The notes under the pieces are model-generated. The model was not told the DNA's origin. It was given only the letters and a program-made list of their open reading frames with translations, and did no database searches. DNA of 64,000 bases from Mosigvirus mar005p1. Made by a program: the position numbers and the translations under genes. The stretch lies in the sequence record OZ035759.1. One strand, given 5' to 3'. Below, one piece after another: positions 46,497-55,340 of the stretch. The first letter of the stretch is position 1. Each line of letters opens with the position of its first letter.

Positions 46497-47486
46497 TTAT
46501 TTATAGTAAGAATTATGATTTTCGAGATAGACTTGCTCAAGGAAATCATCCCAGAAACTCATATCTACTTTTTGTTGCATACCGTTCTTAGCGGCTTGTT
46601 CTGACGCATGTTCAACTTGGTCAACGATATCTTCTAGGAATTCTTGTACAGTTTTAAACGTATGTTTACCAAGCTTAACATCGAGAATAAATGGAGCATC
46701 CTGAAGTGGGTAAACCAGGTCGCCGGTTTTGTAAATTTCCAATAATTGAAGTCCACCACGACATGCATGACTCAATGCTTTCCAGTCAATACCTTCGTTA
46801 GCTTCTGCCTTACGAGCACGTTCACCGTAGTTCTCTTCCAGTTTAACCAGGATGGCATTGAACTCTTTATTGGTTAACGTGTCTTGGAATTTACGGTCTA
46901 ACAGATTATAGAATGTTTGCTTACCTGTTTTCTCGTTTTCGGTTTCAACCCACGAAGCAAATTCACCTACAGGCAGAACATTCTTCATATGTGATAAACG
47001 AATTACTGCACCATTATCAAAGTATTGTCCCCATTCATTAGAACGTTTAAGGGCTTGTCGAAGAACAGCCAGTCGAGAGCCCTTGACACCGTATTTGGAA
47101 GCTTGCTTACGGACATACCCTAAATAAGATTTCATGTTAGTGGTATAGAAACGAGACCTGTTATCTTGAATATACTTCCACACGACAGGCAAATCAGATT
47201 TAACTACTAGACTTGGTGGAGTGTGAAGCATATCTAATGCGACGGTTTCACCATCCGCAGCTAGTTTAAAGAAATATTTGAGACTATACAACTCATGGTC
47301 CACGTCGTCTTTTGTGTTCTTAGAAGATGTGTTATTCGTGTTCTTGCTCATGTGTTCTTTAACGTTACCGGTCAAGATATCACGAGCATGAGGGACATAA
47401 ATTTCTTTAAAATCGACGTCAGATTCAGGAGTAGACGTTCCATAAAGGTGGCTACCAAAGTAAGTTTTCACAATTGTTTTCATCAT
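46497..47486 (-). CDS. nucleotidyltransferase-fold protein (Pol-beta superfamily motif)
   Basis: 329 aa; N-terminal GSHLYGTSTPESDVDF (GS...DxD NTase signature). Confidence 0.5.
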   Translation of the reverse strand: MMKTIVKTYFGSHLYGTSTPESDVDFKEIYVPHARDILTGNVKEHMSKNTNNTSSKNTKDDVDHELYSLKYFFKLAADGETVALDMLHTPPSLVVKSDLPVVWKYIQDNRSRFYTTNMKSYLGYVRKQASKYGVKGSRLAVLRQALKRSNEWGQYFDNGAVIRLSHMKNVLPVGEFASWVETENEKTGKQTFYNLLDRKFQDTLTNKEFNAILVKLEENYGERARKAEANEGIDWKALSHACRGGLQLLEIYKTGDLVYPLQDAPFILDVKLGKHTFKTVQEFLEDIVDQVEHASEQAAKNGMQQKVDMSFWDDFLEQVYLENHNSYYK

Positions 47487-47956
47487 TTAGCCTTATATTC
47501 AAGAGTAGGACAGACTTTTTCTTTACGAGCTTTAAGGTATTCACCTATTAATGATTTCTTACGTTCAATAGGCTCAAGTCCATTTTTAATTCGTTCTTGG
47601 TTTTGTGCAATGAGCTCAACTTCTTTATAATACTTCCGCTCTCTGTATAAGTCGATTAGCCACGGTATGCCTAATACTAAAACTATAGAAATACCAACAC
47701 ATAATGCAATGAATAAAACACCTACACCAATTGAAGCCGGAACTAATGTCCATAAACTACTAAAAACAAAGAATTTAGTTAAAATTTCCTGGCCAATGAT
47801 TGTGACTGCTGCTAAAATCGCAAATCCAATAATTGAAACAGACAATACTGGGATTAACGTTTTCCAAAAATAAGCACACAACGTTTTCGGACGATTCCAT
47901 GTACTATTGAACGCGGCATAAATTTTAAAGTGCCAAGAGTTTTCATTGATAATCAT
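47483..47956 (-). CDS. membrane protein
   Basis: 157-aa ORF with multiple hydrophobic helices. Confidence 0.5.
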   Translation of the reverse strand: MIINENSWHFKIYAAFNSTWNRPKTLCAYFWKTLIPVLSVSIIGFAILAAVTIIGQEILTKFFVFSSLWTLVPASIGVGVLFIALCVGISIVLVLGIPWLIDLYRERKYYKEVELIAQNQERIKNGLEPIERKKSLIGEYLKARKEKVCPTLEYKAK

Positions 47957-47965
47957 AATAATTCC

Positions 47966-48496
47966 TTATTTCAAAGTCGGGATAATAGAATCGAGATAAG
48001 CTTTAAGAGCAACTGCTTCATCTTTGTCTAATGTAACGATATGTTGACGAAGGTCATCAATTTGACGAATAACTACGACATCACCGTCTTCATAAGAAGG
48101 ATTAACGCCTAGGACTGTTGTATAGTCAGGGCGGTCCTGATTTGTAATAAAAGCATTACGGCATTTAGCCCATTGAAGTTTGGCCTTTTTGGCTGTTTCA
48201 GATTCCATGAATTCTTTCACCTTAGTGACAAATGTTTTCCAATTATTAATAGAAAAACATTCATCTTCAGTTTCGATATTAACCCCACTATAAAGTCCGT
48301 GATAAAAACGAACTTGAAGGTCTTCATCAATGTTAATTACAGATGCATGTCCGGGTGGATTGAGTTTCAAAATCTTGTCCAGTTCCATAGGAAGAATAGT
48401 AGCAGCATCATCTTCTTGTGTCAGAACATACACATAACCACGTTTTTCGATACATAAATCACCAAACAACTCGGTTGTTTCAATTACAGTTTTCAT
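47966..48496 (-). CDS. hypothetical protein
   Basis: Track ORF trimmed to ATG with GGTGA SD. Confidence 0.5.
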   Translation of the reverse strand: MKTVIETTELFGDLCIEKRGYVYVLTQEDDAATILPMELDKILKLNPPGHASVINIDEDLQVRFYHGLYSGVNIETEDECFSINNWKTFVTKVKEFMESETAKKAKLQWAKCRNAFITNQDRPDYTTVLGVNPSYEDGDVVVIRQIDDLRQHIVTLDKDEAVALKAYLDSIIPTLK

Positions 48497-48508
48497 ATTA
48501 TTCACCAA

Positions 48509-48776
48509 TTAAAGTTTCAACAAAATTCACCAAATCATTCTTACGAGCATCAACCTGATTTCTATAAAAATTAAATAAGATCCATCAATTTATTAGCTTG
48601 TTCACGGGTCATTTTACCGTACTCGTTTCAATAAGATTCACTATGCCGTTTACCATGTTATAAGTAAACATCGGATAATTGTATTGTACTATAACATAAG
48701 CGATAAGCAAAAGTTTCATTTTGTTCTCCATTTGTTTTGGTAGGACTACTATAACATAGTCCTACCAAGATGTAAA
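48509..48776 (-). pseudogene. possible decayed gene remnant or cluster of tiny ORFs
   Basis: 268 bp without an ORF of 60 aa or more; three short consecutive minus-strand frames (36, 13, ~20 codons). Confidence 0.25.
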
Positions 48777-48777
48777 C
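48748..48777 (-). promoter_or_regulatory. T4-type early promoter
   Basis: Minus strand GTTTACA-~17 nt-TATAGT within the conserved GGACTACTATAACATAGTCC cassette. Confidence 0.5.
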
Positions 48778-49010
48778 TACCGATTGTGTTTTAAATGTTG
48801 ATAAAGTTCTTCAACTTGTTTAGGGTCCAAAACAATTAAGTCATTTTCTTGACGAAGATAAATCCATCCCTTATCCCCAGGGCCATTTTTACAAAACATC
48901 ACCACCATATCATCATCTTCAGCGCTTTCAGGTAAAAGTTCAAGTACACCGTCTTCAGATTTTCCAGTATAATCGTAAAGCATAATATCCTCACATAATC
49001 TCGTTAACAT
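48777..49010 (-). CDS. hypothetical protein
   Basis: 77-aa ORF. Confidence 0.5.
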   Translation of the reverse strand: MLTRLCEDIMLYDYTGKSEDGVLELLPESAEDDDMVVMFCKNGPGDKGWIYLRQENDLIVLDPKQVEELYQHLKHNR

Positions 49011-49170
49011 ACATTTGCAATTCGGTGTGGGCGTCAGCCATCTTTTTCATAGCTCTGTTAATGTCGATGTCTCCATCTTCGCAACCATGAGCATTTTCCC
49101 AATCAGATACCGCATTAGCGTACTCTTCAATCAAAAACATTAACTTAGAAATTTTTTCTTTACGTGACAT
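48991..49170 (-). CDS. hypothetical protein
   Basis: Track ORF 48991..49239 trimmed to ATG with GAGGAG SD. Confidence 0.45.
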   Translation of the reverse strand: MSRKEKISKLMFLIEEYANAVSDWENAHGCEDGDIDINRAMKKMADAHTELQMYVNEIM

Positions 49171-49197
49171 AACGTTCTCCTCTAGTAAGTAAGGTTT

Positions 49198-49226
49198 ACT
49201 ATAACACAACCTGAGGAGAAGTAAAC
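49198..49226 (-). promoter_or_regulatory. T4-type early promoter
   Basis: Minus strand GTTTACTTCTCC...17 nt...TATAGT. Confidence 0.55.
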
Positions 49227-49235
49227 TGATAGATG

Positions 49236-49265
49236 CCAAAAAGCCCCGACCTTTCGGAAGGGGCT
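49236..49265 (-). terminator. Rho-independent terminator
   Basis: Minus strand GC-rich hairpin AGCCCC...GGGGCU followed by UUUUUGG. Confidence 0.6.
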
Positions 49266-49271
49266 AGTAAA

Positions 49272-49574
49272 TTAGATAGATGTAGGCTCTAATTTTATTT
49301 TCATGAACTCGGCAAATTGTCTGGCAGTTTTTATGCCTTGTTCATGACATTCAAATGCATCATCACAGGGGCTATTTTTGTAATGCTTTGCCATATACTT
49401 ATAGAATTTTTCAGAATTCTCGACATTTTGAATTTCAAACAAAGTATATACGTTTTTAATCCCTGATTCCATAAAGTTATCAAAATATGGGTCGATATAT
49501 GCAGTACCAACGATAGGAGTTGTTGCTGCAAAAAACCCCAGCATCGCCATGACAGCTATCGCTCTTAAGGCCAT
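49272..49574 (-). CDS. secreted protein (signal peptide)
   Basis: 100 aa; N-terminal MALRAIAVMAMLGFFAATTPIVGTA. Confidence 0.5.
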   Translation of the reverse strand: MALRAIAVMAMLGFFAATTPIVGTAYIDPYFDNFMESGIKNVYTLFEIQNVENSEKFYKYMAKHYKNSPCDDAFECHEQGIKTARQFAEFMKIKLEPTSI

Positions 49575-49586
49575 ATAGGCCTCCTG

Positions 49587-49799
49587 TTAATTTTGGCCAG
49601 TATTTATTTTTCGCCTTTGGACGGCCTTAACATCTGTGAGGTATTTTTCCAGCTTGCGCTTGCGTGTATAATCAGCTTTAGAACCAGTTTGACGGATATC
49701 CTCGTTTAAATGAGAAATAGAATGTCCTAATTCTCTTCGGATTTCATCCAATTGGGTTACAGTAAGATTACGAAGTTGTCTTTCGTTTAATTGCTGCAT
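49587..49799 (-). CDS. hypothetical protein
   Basis: 70-aa ORF. Confidence 0.5.
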   Translation of the reverse strand: MQQLNERQLRNLTVTQLDEIRRELGHSISHLNEDIRQTGSKADYTRKRKLEKYLTDVKAVQRRKINTGQN

Positions 49800-49826
49800 A
49801 TATACCTCTTGGTTAGATATTAGTAT

Positions 49827-50408
49827 TTATAACAACCCTGTCAAATCGTTCCAATGCTTCCGGCATAATGACACATATCTATCGGTATCACCAATTTCAA
49901 TTTGACTGCCATCTGTAATTGGAAGTCCATCTTCCGTGACTCTAGCTACCATTGTGGCCTTTTTACCGCAATGACAGACACCTTTAAGTTCAACAAGCTT
50001 ATCGGCAATAGCCATTAATGCTTGAGAACCTTCAAATAGATTACCTTTAAAATCTGTTCGTAGTCCATATGCCATTACCGGCACATTGTATACGTCAACA
50101 ATACGACTAAGTTGATACACCTTTTCAGTAGTTAAGAACTGAGCTTCATCAACAAATACACAGTGAATATCCTTTTGTGCTGCAGCCCATTTATAGAATT
50201 CAAAGATATCCATGTCTTTTGTAATTATATTGGCATCCTGACGAATACCAATACGAGAGACTATTTCACCTTTTGAATCGCGAGTATCAATAGCCGGTTT
50301 AAGAACTAATACACCCATGCCACGTTCTTTATAGTTATGTGCGGCAGTAAGTAATGAAGCGGACTTACCAGCGTTCATAGCGGCATAGGTAAAAATTAAA
50401 CTAGCCAT
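49827..50408 (-). CDS. tk: Thymidine kinase
   Basis: 193 aa; P-loop AAMNAGKS; C-terminal Zn motif CHCGKKA...C; T4 Tk is 193 aa. Confidence 0.88.
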   Translation of the reverse strand: MASLIFTYAAMNAGKSASLLTAAHNYKERGMGVLVLKPAIDTRDSKGEIVSRIGIRQDANIITKDMDIFEFYKWAAAQKDIHCVFVDEAQFLTTEKVYQLSRIVDVYNVPVMAYGLRTDFKGNLFEGSQALMAIADKLVELKGVCHCGKKATMVARVTEDGLPITDGSQIEIGDTDRYVSLCRKHWNDLTGLL

Positions 50409-50417
50409 AAGAGTCCT

Positions 50418-50600
50418 TTATAGTGAATTCACATAGTCAATGAGTTCTTGTTCTTTCCTGTCAAATGATTCCATCAATGCGTGATATTCTTCATCTGTTA
50501 AAGGAGCATATTCATCATACGCATTGGTGGCCGCTTGCTCATCCAATAGGTCGTGGATAAGTTCGAACAGTTTAGTTTTCTCTTCTTTAGTCAATTTCAT
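50418..50600 (-). CDS. hypothetical acidic protein
   Basis: 60-aa ORF. Confidence 0.45.
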   Translation of the reverse strand: MKLTKEEKTKLFELIHDLLDEQAATNAYDEYAPLTDEEYHALMESFDRKEQELIDYVNSL

Positions 50601-51091
50601 TTAGGTTCCCAATCAACAATCACAATTTCTAGTTTAGTGGAATACGTATCTAAAATCTCTTCGATGACATCCCAGTTTCCACCACCAATACCTGCACCAA
50701 TTCTTGGCATATAAATTACAGGCTTTGTTATCTTATTCTTTCCGAATTCATTTAATTCTATTATACAATTCATTAAAGCAGAGTACTCAAAATTAGGTCC
50801 CGGTTCAAACTGCGTATAAAGATTAAAGCAATAAGCTTTATGGGTCTTAAAATATTTTTCATAAACCGAATAAGTTCCGAGTTTAGACTCATCTCCGAAT
50901 TCGGTTTGAAGTTTATCGGCTTCCAGAATTTTTGGATAAGCCTTTGCTAATTGTCCTGCTACACCGGCGCCCATTGTATGAAAACAATTACACCCATGAG
51001 CAATATTATTACCTTTAGAAAACAGGGCGACAATATCGCCCTTGATATAGTTTTTAATCACTTGCTGCAAGTCCTCTATTATAAGAGTCAA
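50597..51091 (-). CDS. macro-domain protein (ADP-ribose binding/hydrolase family)
   Basis: 164 aa; GDIVALFSKGNNIAHGCNCFHTMGAGVAGQLAKAYP resembles macro-domain signature. Confidence 0.6.
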   Translation of the reverse strand: MTLIIEDLQQVIKNYIKGDIVALFSKGNNIAHGCNCFHTMGAGVAGQLAKAYPKILEADKLQTEFGDESKLGTYSVYEKYFKTHKAYCFNLYTQFEPGPNFEYSALMNCIIELNEFGKNKITKPVIYMPRIGAGIGGGNWDVIEEILDTYSTKLEIVIVDWEPK

Positions 51092-51401
51092 CTAGACGGT
51101 CCACCATAGAATTGCATGCTGCCTTATCTTTAGGTTCCGCCACCGAGCATTCTAATATTTGCCATTTTTTATAGTATCTTTTAATTAAGGTAGACGCCTT
51201 GAACCTACTAGACGCCCCATCTTTTTCTCCGTCTTTATATGCGTATAACAATTTTTGTGAAAAATCTACTTTACACTCTTGACTTTTACCACAATAATCA
51301 GACGCCGTTCTGTTTGTATACTCCGTTACATCAGTATATGTAGTATTAGCAAGAGCGTTAAATGAAACCAAGCCAACTATTAAAGCCAACATTTTGGTCA
51401 T
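51054..51401 (-). CDS. secreted protein (signal peptide)
   Basis: 115 aa; MTKMLALIVGLVSFNALA; overlaps macro gene start. Confidence 0.45.
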   Translation of the reverse strand: MTKMLALIVGLVSFNALANTTYTDVTEYTNRTASDYCGKSQECKVDFSQKLLYAYKDGEKDGASSRFKASTLIKRYYKKWQILECSVAEPKDKAACNSMVDRLVDSYNRGLAASD

Positions 51402-51940
51402 TCTTTTATTTCCAGTAGTTTATTTGATTTAAGGTAATTAGCCTTTTCTAGGACTTCAGAAGCATATTTACTTCCAGCACTTGTCTTCCATCCCGCATTA
51501 TATGAGGATATAGCTTTTCTTATATCCCCGTTATGTATATTTAACCAATAAGAAAATTCGATATAAGCCCATCTGGCTGAATTAGACCGCTTAGATAGCA
51601 TTTTCTTAATTTGGGCATCAGTCATATTATAACCAAGCTGGTTAATTCTTGCCCTCATTGTTGGTAGATAGTTTTGGAACATTCCATACGCATGGTGACC
51701 TTTCTTATCTTTAAGATTAACACCGGCAGATGATTCTTGCCATAGTATTGCGGCCATTATGTATCCAAGTCCTTTCTTATGCATATTTTCATGCGTTTTA
51801 AATTTTCCGTCCTTAGAAAACTGTTCCCCAAACTGATAAGCATAATTCAAGTTATCGAGTTGGACATTACTAAAAGTATGCTCGGAGCTATGTGCTGATA
51901 ATGAAAGAGCAAATAGACCAGCGAGTAGTGCTTTTCTCAT
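51398..51940 (-). CDS. periplasmic protein, lytic-transglycosylase-like
   Basis: 180 aa; signal peptide; ILWQESSAG / HAYGMFQ motifs reminiscent of SLT domain. Confidence 0.45.
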   Translation of the reverse strand: MRKALLAGLFALSLSAHSSEHTFSNVQLDNLNYAYQFGEQFSKDGKFKTHENMHKKGLGYIMAAILWQESSAGVNLKDKKGHHAYGMFQNYLPTMRARINQLGYNMTDAQIKKMLSKRSNSARWAYIEFSYWLNIHNGDIRKAISSYNAGWKTSAGSKYASEVLEKANYLKSNKLLEIKE

Positions 51941-51948
51941 GTTTACCT

Positions 51949-52407
51949 CTAGATTTTAATCACTGCTTTAGAAGCTTTTCCTGGTAGTCGTTTACTGTTA
52001 ATAATAGCCATTCTGCATTGAAGAGTCTTCATTTTGAATGCTGGATTTTCGCGACAAACTGTAAGTCCTAACCAAAGATTTCCATCAGTTATTTCTAAAC
52101 GGCCTGGGCGGTATTCGACACCTTCGACAAAATCTTCATCAACGTCTGGACGTGCCGGCATTGATAAAAATTCTGTAACTTCTTTAACATGATTTTTTAC
52201 TTTATGAAATAATTCAAAAACGTAATTCTCATCTATTTCTCTCTGGATGGCACGATCTAAGAGATGTTGAGAATACTTGATATGAAAGCCTGGTAGTCCA
52301 AGAGACTTTGCAGCATCTTTTATACCGGCATTTATTTTGCGGAACTCCGTTTCAAAGATTCGACGGAGTTTATTACGGCGGATAAAAACTTCCGAATTGA
52401 TAGTCAT
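51949..52407 (-). CDS. regB: Sequence-specific endoribonuclease RegB
   Basis: 152 aa; near-colinear with T4 RegB as recalled (YSQHLLDRAIQREIDE...LQCRMAIINS.RLPGKASKAVIK). Confidence 0.88.
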   Translation of the reverse strand: MTINSEVFIRRNKLRRIFETEFRKINAGIKDAAKSLGLPGFHIKYSQHLLDRAIQREIDENYVFELFHKVKNHVKEVTEFLSMPARPDVDEDFVEGVEYRPGRLEITDGNLWLGLTVCRENPAFKMKTLQCRMAIINSKRLPGKASKAVIKI

Positions 52408-52435
52408 TTTGATTTCTCCTCTAGTTGACAGATCT

Positions 52436-52464
52436 ATAGTAACACAACTAGAGGAGAAGTAAAC
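52436..52464 (-). promoter_or_regulatory. T4-type early promoter upstream of regB
   Basis: Minus strand GTTTACTTCTCC...17 nt...TACTAT, then GAGGAGAAAT SD. Confidence 0.55.
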
Positions 52465-52805
52465 TACTCTTTGAAAGGAATTAACTTTTTAACTGCTTTA
52501 GATACTTCGTCACGAACCTGGTGGAAGTTCTTGAGCTGTTCAAGGCGTTGTTCGTAATACGCAATCTCATCTTCTTCAAGACAATCGTCAGCGTCTTCTT
52601 TCAGATATGCCTTGTACTCATTAAAGAGGGCCCATAGGCGGTTCTCAAAGTCATCAAGGCTTTGAATTTTCTTGTGCTTCGGAACAAGGCCAAAAGGATT
52701 GCTTTCAGTTATGCGTCGAGATGCTTCATAATGAGTTCCAAAGCCTGATAGGATTTGAGCCATTAGTATTTTTCCTCTGGTTGAAATACCGCACGACAAG
52801 CCCAC
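52464..52805 (-). CDS. hypothetical protein
   Basis: 113-aa ORF. Confidence 0.5.
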   Translation of the reverse strand: MGLSCGISTRGKILMAQILSGFGTHYEASRRITESNPFGLVPKHKKIQSLDDFENRLWALFNEYKAYLKEDADDCLEEDEIAYYEQRLEQLKNFHQVRDEVSKAVKKLIPFKE

Positions 52806-53008
52806 ATACTAGCTTCCTTTAGGCGTTCTTTAGCACAGTTCAATTGGGACAAAGCTGTCAAAGCTTCAGGAGTATTCGCAGACAACGCTTCTTCCGCCAA
52901 GGCATCGAAAATAAGCCCTAATCGAACTTCTGCATCTTTAATAGCGTTCACTTTACCGATTTTATCATCGGTATGCGGCTTGTAGCCTTTGATGTCTTCA
53001 ATCGACAT
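52763..53008 (-). CDS. hypothetical protein
   Basis: Track ORF 52763..53176 trimmed to ATG with GAGGAAA SD. Confidence 0.4.
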   Translation of the reverse strand: MSIEDIKGYKPHTDDKIGKVNAIKDAEVRLGLIFDALAEEALSANTPEALTALSQLNCAKERLKEASMWACRAVFQPEEKY

Positions 53009-53222
53009 AAGGAATTTCCTCATCGGTGGCAAGGTCATATTCGACCAATTGGATAGGCTCATTAATACCATATCCACGTACAGTGATATCAGTTGTCGGA
53101 TAGTTTCCAGTAATATCACCCATTCTAAATGCTTCAGTGAATGATTGCTCTCCAGAGCAACTAAACCAGGCGGCAAAACATTTTAAAACATCTTCAGACC
53201 CTTCTATAATCAATTTAGCCAT
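52998..53222 (-). CDS. hypothetical acidic protein
   Basis: 74-aa ORF. Confidence 0.45.
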   Translation of the reverse strand: MAKLIIEGSEDVLKCFAAWFSCSGEQSFTEAFRMGDITGNYPTTDITVRGYGINEPIQLVEYDLATDEEIPYVD

Positions 53223-53584
53223 TATAGACTCTCAGTAAAGGTACGAGCGATAACGTCGCGCTGCTGTTCCGGAGTCAGAGAGTTAAAGCGAACTGCATAA
53301 CCGGATACACGGATGGTCAGCTGCGGATATTTTTCCGGATGCTTAACTGCATCTTCTAGAGTTTCACGACGCAGAACGTTAACGTTCAGGTGTTGACCAC
53401 CTTCAATTTTAACTTTAGGTTGACGTTCAATTTCAATTTCACGGGCATGCAAACCGTAGAAAATTTCCGGGTCTACAATAGCGTCTTCTTTAAAAGTCTT
53501 AGAGACAATAATCCGGGCTTGAGTACCGTCTTCAAAATAAATAGTGCCTTTATGTGCACCTTCAAGAATTTGATATGCTTTCAT
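53222..53584 (-). CDS. grcA: autonomous glycyl-radical cofactor (GrcA/YfiD-like)
   Basis: 120 aa; C-terminal ~60 aa ([60 protein letters not shown]) essentially identical to enterobacterial GrcA/PflB glycyl-radical domain as recalled. Confidence 0.85.
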   Translation of the reverse strand: MKAYQILEGAHKGTIYFEDGTQARIIVSKTFKEDAIVDPEIFYGLHAREIEIERQPKVKIEGGQHLNVNVLRRETLEDAVKHPEKYPQLTIRVSGYAVRFNSLTPEQQRDVIARTFTESL

Positions 53585-53590
53585 ATAACC

Positions 53591-53899
53591 TCAATTAGAA
53601 AATAAATTTATCCAAGTTTTTTCTTTAATCAAAAATGGGTCGGAATTAAACGCCATTAAACTTTGAGTGATTAATCCCTTAAATGGCCCATCAATAAATT
53701 CCATTTTGAAATGCGGAATACTAGTCATCAACCGTGCATTAGGAGCAGTACAAAGAACCTGCTGCCCTGCGAAAGGACCTTTAGTCAAACGGTATCGTTT
53801 AGGTTTAAAATGGTAAATCTCGTAATTTTCTACAAGGGCCCTTTTATTGCATACTAGGCTGTTATAACAATATTCAAAAACTTCAATAGTGGTCATCAT
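53591..53899 (-). CDS. hypothetical protein
   Basis: 102-aa ORF. Confidence 0.5.
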   Translation of the reverse strand: MMTTIEVFEYCYNSLVCNKRALVENYEIYHFKPKRYRLTKGPFAGQQVLCTAPNARLMTSIPHFKMEFIDGPFKGLITQSLMAFNSDPFLIKEKTWINLFSN

Positions 53900-54435
53900 T
53901 GCATTCCAATCACAAAAAATTGAGGACGAGCATTACCGCCGATGCAATATTTGCTTTTGCAACAGTGTTGGACTGTTTTAATATGGATGTCGTAAATCTT
54001 ATCCATATCAGGAGCTTTAATAGGCTCGTCAATTATATACAGAATACGAGAAAGCGTTAATCCACGGAATTTAGAACCTTCATTGCCAATAAAACTACGG
54101 ACAGAATCAGTAAATAAACGGAATCGAATATCGTCGCTAGAATAACGAGAAAATTCTTTTTCAATGTTGCCAGCAGAAATTTTAGCATAAGCTGAAGTAT
54201 TAGAAAGAACAATAACTGTTCCACCATCATACAGCCAATTAGCAGCAAAGTTAGTCACAGCAATTGATTTACCTGATTGTCTGCCACCGTCTAAACGAAG
54301 TGTACAGTACTGCTTGAGTACGTCTTCAAATGGTGGGACATAACCGTTCTTACAAATTTCTTCTACTCTAGCATCAGAATGGTGTGTAAAAGCATTCATC
54401 AGGGATAGATAAGGACCAGTTAAAAATGTTCTCAT
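53896..54435 (-). CDS. hypothetical P-loop-like protein
   Basis: Track ORF 53896..54504 trimmed to ATG with GAGAGAA SD; GGRQSGKS and ILYIIDEP motifs. Confidence 0.45.
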   Translation of the reverse strand: MRTFLTGPYLSLMNAFTHHSDARVEEICKNGYVPPFEDVLKQYCTLRLDGGRQSGKSIAVTNFAANWLYDGGTVIVLSNTSAYAKISAGNIEKEFSRYSSDDIRFRLFTDSVRSFIGNEGSKFRGLTLSRILYIIDEPIKAPDMDKIYDIHIKTVQHCCKSKYCIGGNARPQFFVIGMQ

Positions 54436-54606
54436 TTTATTCTCTCTAAATTTGGGCCATTCCATGGCGCATGTTAGGTCCTTCGACTCGCTATGTAAAC
54501 CCATTACCGCATTGCGCTCGACCTTATTACAGGTTGGAAAAGGTACATCACTCAGAGGACTCGACGTTCATGAGGAGAGGTTGCGTTTCCCTTTATTAGG
54601 CAAGAA

Positions 54607-54936
54607 TTATACTCTAGGCTTTTGAGCTTGTTTGGTATTGGATTCCCATGCGGCTTTGGTAATTTTGTTAGCGGCATAACCAAAGGCATTAGATAGAACA
54701 CCTTTAGAGTTGAATACATCCAATCCAATAAGTACACCGGCTGTGTTAAATTTAGGAGCAAAGTACGCATTAGTTTTAGAAAGAGCTTTTTTCAATTCAG
54801 GGTCTTGAACCAAGCCATCAAAAACGCCTTTACTATTTACTTTATATGTTACTTTGGGATTTTTACCTTCTTCGATAGCAGCTTTCTGTTCCGCAGATAA
54901 TGTAACTTCAGTGATAAACTCCTGATATGTTTTCAT
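54607..54936 (-). CDS. internal protein (capsid-targeted, CTS leader MKTYQEFITE)
   Basis: 109 aa; N-terminal MKTYQEF leader typical of T4 IPI/IPII/IPIII. Confidence 0.7.
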   Translation of the reverse strand: MKTYQEFITEVTLSAEQKAAIEEGKNPKVTYKVNSKGVFDGLVQDPELKKALSKTNAYFAPKFNTAGVLIGLDVFNSKGVLSNAFGYAANKITKAAWESNTKQAQKPRV

Positions 54937-54961
54937 TTTGTTCCTATTGATTTAATTTATG

Positions 54962-55276
54962 TTATTCTTTAGGGAAGTTTTTAGAGTATGCATCATAAAG
55001 TTTATTACCAATACGGCGGAAGACTTTAGCTGCAAAACGGTTTTCAGGGTTTTTAATCATAATTTGCATCATGTAAGTTCCTGCATCCGAAAGAGCTTCT
55101 TCATAGTACCCATTAATTTCTTTAAGAGTCCTACGTTTACCACCAGGACCATCAACAGTAATTTTCCATTTACCTGTAGAAGTGCGGCTCGGTGGCTCAA
55201 CTTGTTCAATCCAAATATAACCACCTTCAACGCGTTGGTTGGCGGATTCTGCAATAAATTCTTTATACGTTTTCAT
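54962..55276 (-). CDS. internal protein (CTS leader MKTYKEFIAE)
   Basis: 104 aa; same leader family. Confidence 0.7.
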   Translation of the reverse strand: MKTYKEFIAESANQRVEGGYIWIEQVEPPSRTSTGKWKITVDGPGGKRRTLKEINGYYEEALSDAGTYMMQIMIKNPENRFAAKVFRRIGNKLYDAYSKNFPKE

Positions 55277-55340
55277 TTTTTGTTTCCTTGTTTGTTTTGA
55301 TAGAGTAATTATACCATATTAATACTTAAGCGTAAACAAT

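Noticed and set aside
54436-54606. Possible tRNA gene in the intergenic gap
   Set aside because: No cloverleaf could be built and no T-loop GTTCGA-type motif is present; a T4-like tRNA cluster would be expected beyond nudE, not here.
54552-54770. 72-aa minus ORF overlapping the first internal-protein gene
   Set aside because: Overlaps a gene with a conserved CTS leader in a different frame; likely spurious.
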